64,000 nucleotides of DNA from Selaginella moellendorffii (lineage: Eukaryota > Plantae > Lycopodiophyta): NCBI RefSeq assembly GCF_000143415.4, contig NW_003314276.1, positions 2,541,072 through 2,605,071 of the forward strand, given 5' to 3'. The notes below the pieces were generated by a model. It had not been told where the DNA came from. It ran no database searches and saw only the letters and a program-made list of their open reading frames with translations. Position numbers and translations under genes: made by a program. This document shows positions 62,467-64,000 of this stretch, one piece after another (the first letter of the stretch is position 1; each line of letters opens with the position of its first letter).

Positions 62467-64000
62467 GAGATGCCTTATCATTGACATTGTTGATATTGAG
62501 ATTTGAGTGAGATGAGATGTCTCTCTATATGATTAATATTGATTTTCATTAGTCTTGATGCAAATAGTGTTGATACTTAACCTGTAGCTTTGTGTTATTA
62601 GCATTTATGCATTTGCTCATTAGTAACTATGTTAGCGTTCAAACAAACTGAGTAGCAAGTTGAGTTATCTGGTTTTTAAATGAGATTGTTTAGTAGGGGT
62701 TAAGCTTTGAGCTTTTCTTTAAAAAGTGATATAGTTATGGACTATGCTAACTTTACAAAAAAAAGAATTAGTGATCGATATTGAAGATGTTGATTCCTTG
62801 TTAGAATTGAATTGGGGATATATCAATTGTTAATGATTCTTTTTGTGTTTGTTATGAAATGAGTTATGTCTTGCTATAAATAAATCCATAGAGGATCAAT
62901 TTAGTGGTCACTTGTTGAGCATAGCTTTATTATGCTTGGATTTTGCATTGATGCAAAAATGCTCTTCATTAGCTTTACATTATAAAGTTTAGTTTATGAA
63001 TGTTTTAAAGAGGATATTATGGGTTGTACCAAGAGGTCTTCTTTTGCATTGAAGTTATTTCATATGAGATTCATGATCATTGTTAGGCAAAACTTGGCTA
63101 TAAGTTTCTTCGAGCTTTTGGTTCTTTAAATTTTATGTTCATTGTATTATTTGTTAGAAGTTGTTGGCAAAAGCATTTTTGGCACATTAGCTTTAATATT
63201 AAAGTTAGGATTTGCATATGGCAATTATTGATGATGAATGACTATCATCTTGGGATAGTTGATTGTTCTCGTTAATAGTTTTGTTTAGTTGTTGTTAGTG
63301 GTGAATGATTTGCTATTATTTGGGATGGTAGATTGTTTATTCAACAATGATTATGCATCTTTCTATCGATAGAATGATCTTTTATAATAGTTAGTTATTC
63401 TCTTTAATAACTTATGGCTTTTTGCATTACCACATATTTTTTATGATTTTCTTTGGATTAATCTTTTAGTTTTAAGATATTAGTAGGATGTTACTAACAC
63501 TTGCTTAAGCAACTTGAGTTCCTTAGTATGGTTGACTGGGATTTATTCAAATTGGATAGTGTAATAGTTGGCATAAATGAGTGTTTGTTGGTCTTGCCAC
63601 ATTCATTCTGTTCTGTTAATTATTGTTATGGTTAGTTTTGATAGATTGGATGTTATTTCCTTTGAATAATACATTTACGAGCATTTTTCTTGCCAGTCGA
63701 TGATATTTTGGGTTCTTTGAGTTATTTTATATAAATTATTTAGCATGCTATTTACAATCTTTGATAGTTATGTTTTATCATTAAGTTTTCTTGATGATCT
63801 TCTTGATGATACTCTTGATGATACACTTGCTATTTAATTTTGTTGGATGGTTAATCCTCTAATCTTAATCTTTAAAAATCTTGGTGGTTTCTGTACTCTA
63901 ATAGTCATTTATTGGATGATAATTTATTTGGAACACTTTTGTATTCTAATTTAAGATATTCACTGATAATTAAGTCTCTAAGAAATCATTGATATTGTCC
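62467..64000 (+). mobile_element. Family F internal region (host of the preceding F copy)
   Basis: Homologous to ~15378-16905. Confidence 0.75.

Overview
Gene-free, transposon-saturated eukaryotic DNA, most likely from a non-seed land plant. This host call is inference from Tcn1-like and Galadriel-like chromoviruses, CG/CHG-type C>T decay and very short 50-60 nt introns. The window is a set of nested insertions with recognisable target-site duplications (TSDs). Family A is a chromodomain Ty3/Gypsy element: a young copy at 209-7739 (minus) and two decayed copies. Family B is a Tcn1/Tf1-like chromovirus with a self-priming PBS and a GGGAAAC/pseudoknot -1 frameshift (copies 1-12854 and 25452-31040). 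Also present are a non-chromovirus Gypsy with extra ORFs (35049-46302), two TRIM families, a decayed non-autonomous LTR family F, and a ~29 kb Mutator-like DNA transposon with a 9-bp TSD that splits an A-family LTR. Main finding: the family-A integrase is interrupted by two tiny GT-AG introns (47 and 52 nt) that are also retained in the decayed copies. One lies just before the catalytic Glu of the DD35E triad and one just before the GPY/F-chromodomain module, suggesting a splicing-controlled integrase switch. Second finding: the Mutator-like element carries a divergent multi-exon passenger pseudogene with N6A/N4C DNA-methyltransferase-like motifs. All alignments and counts were done by eye.
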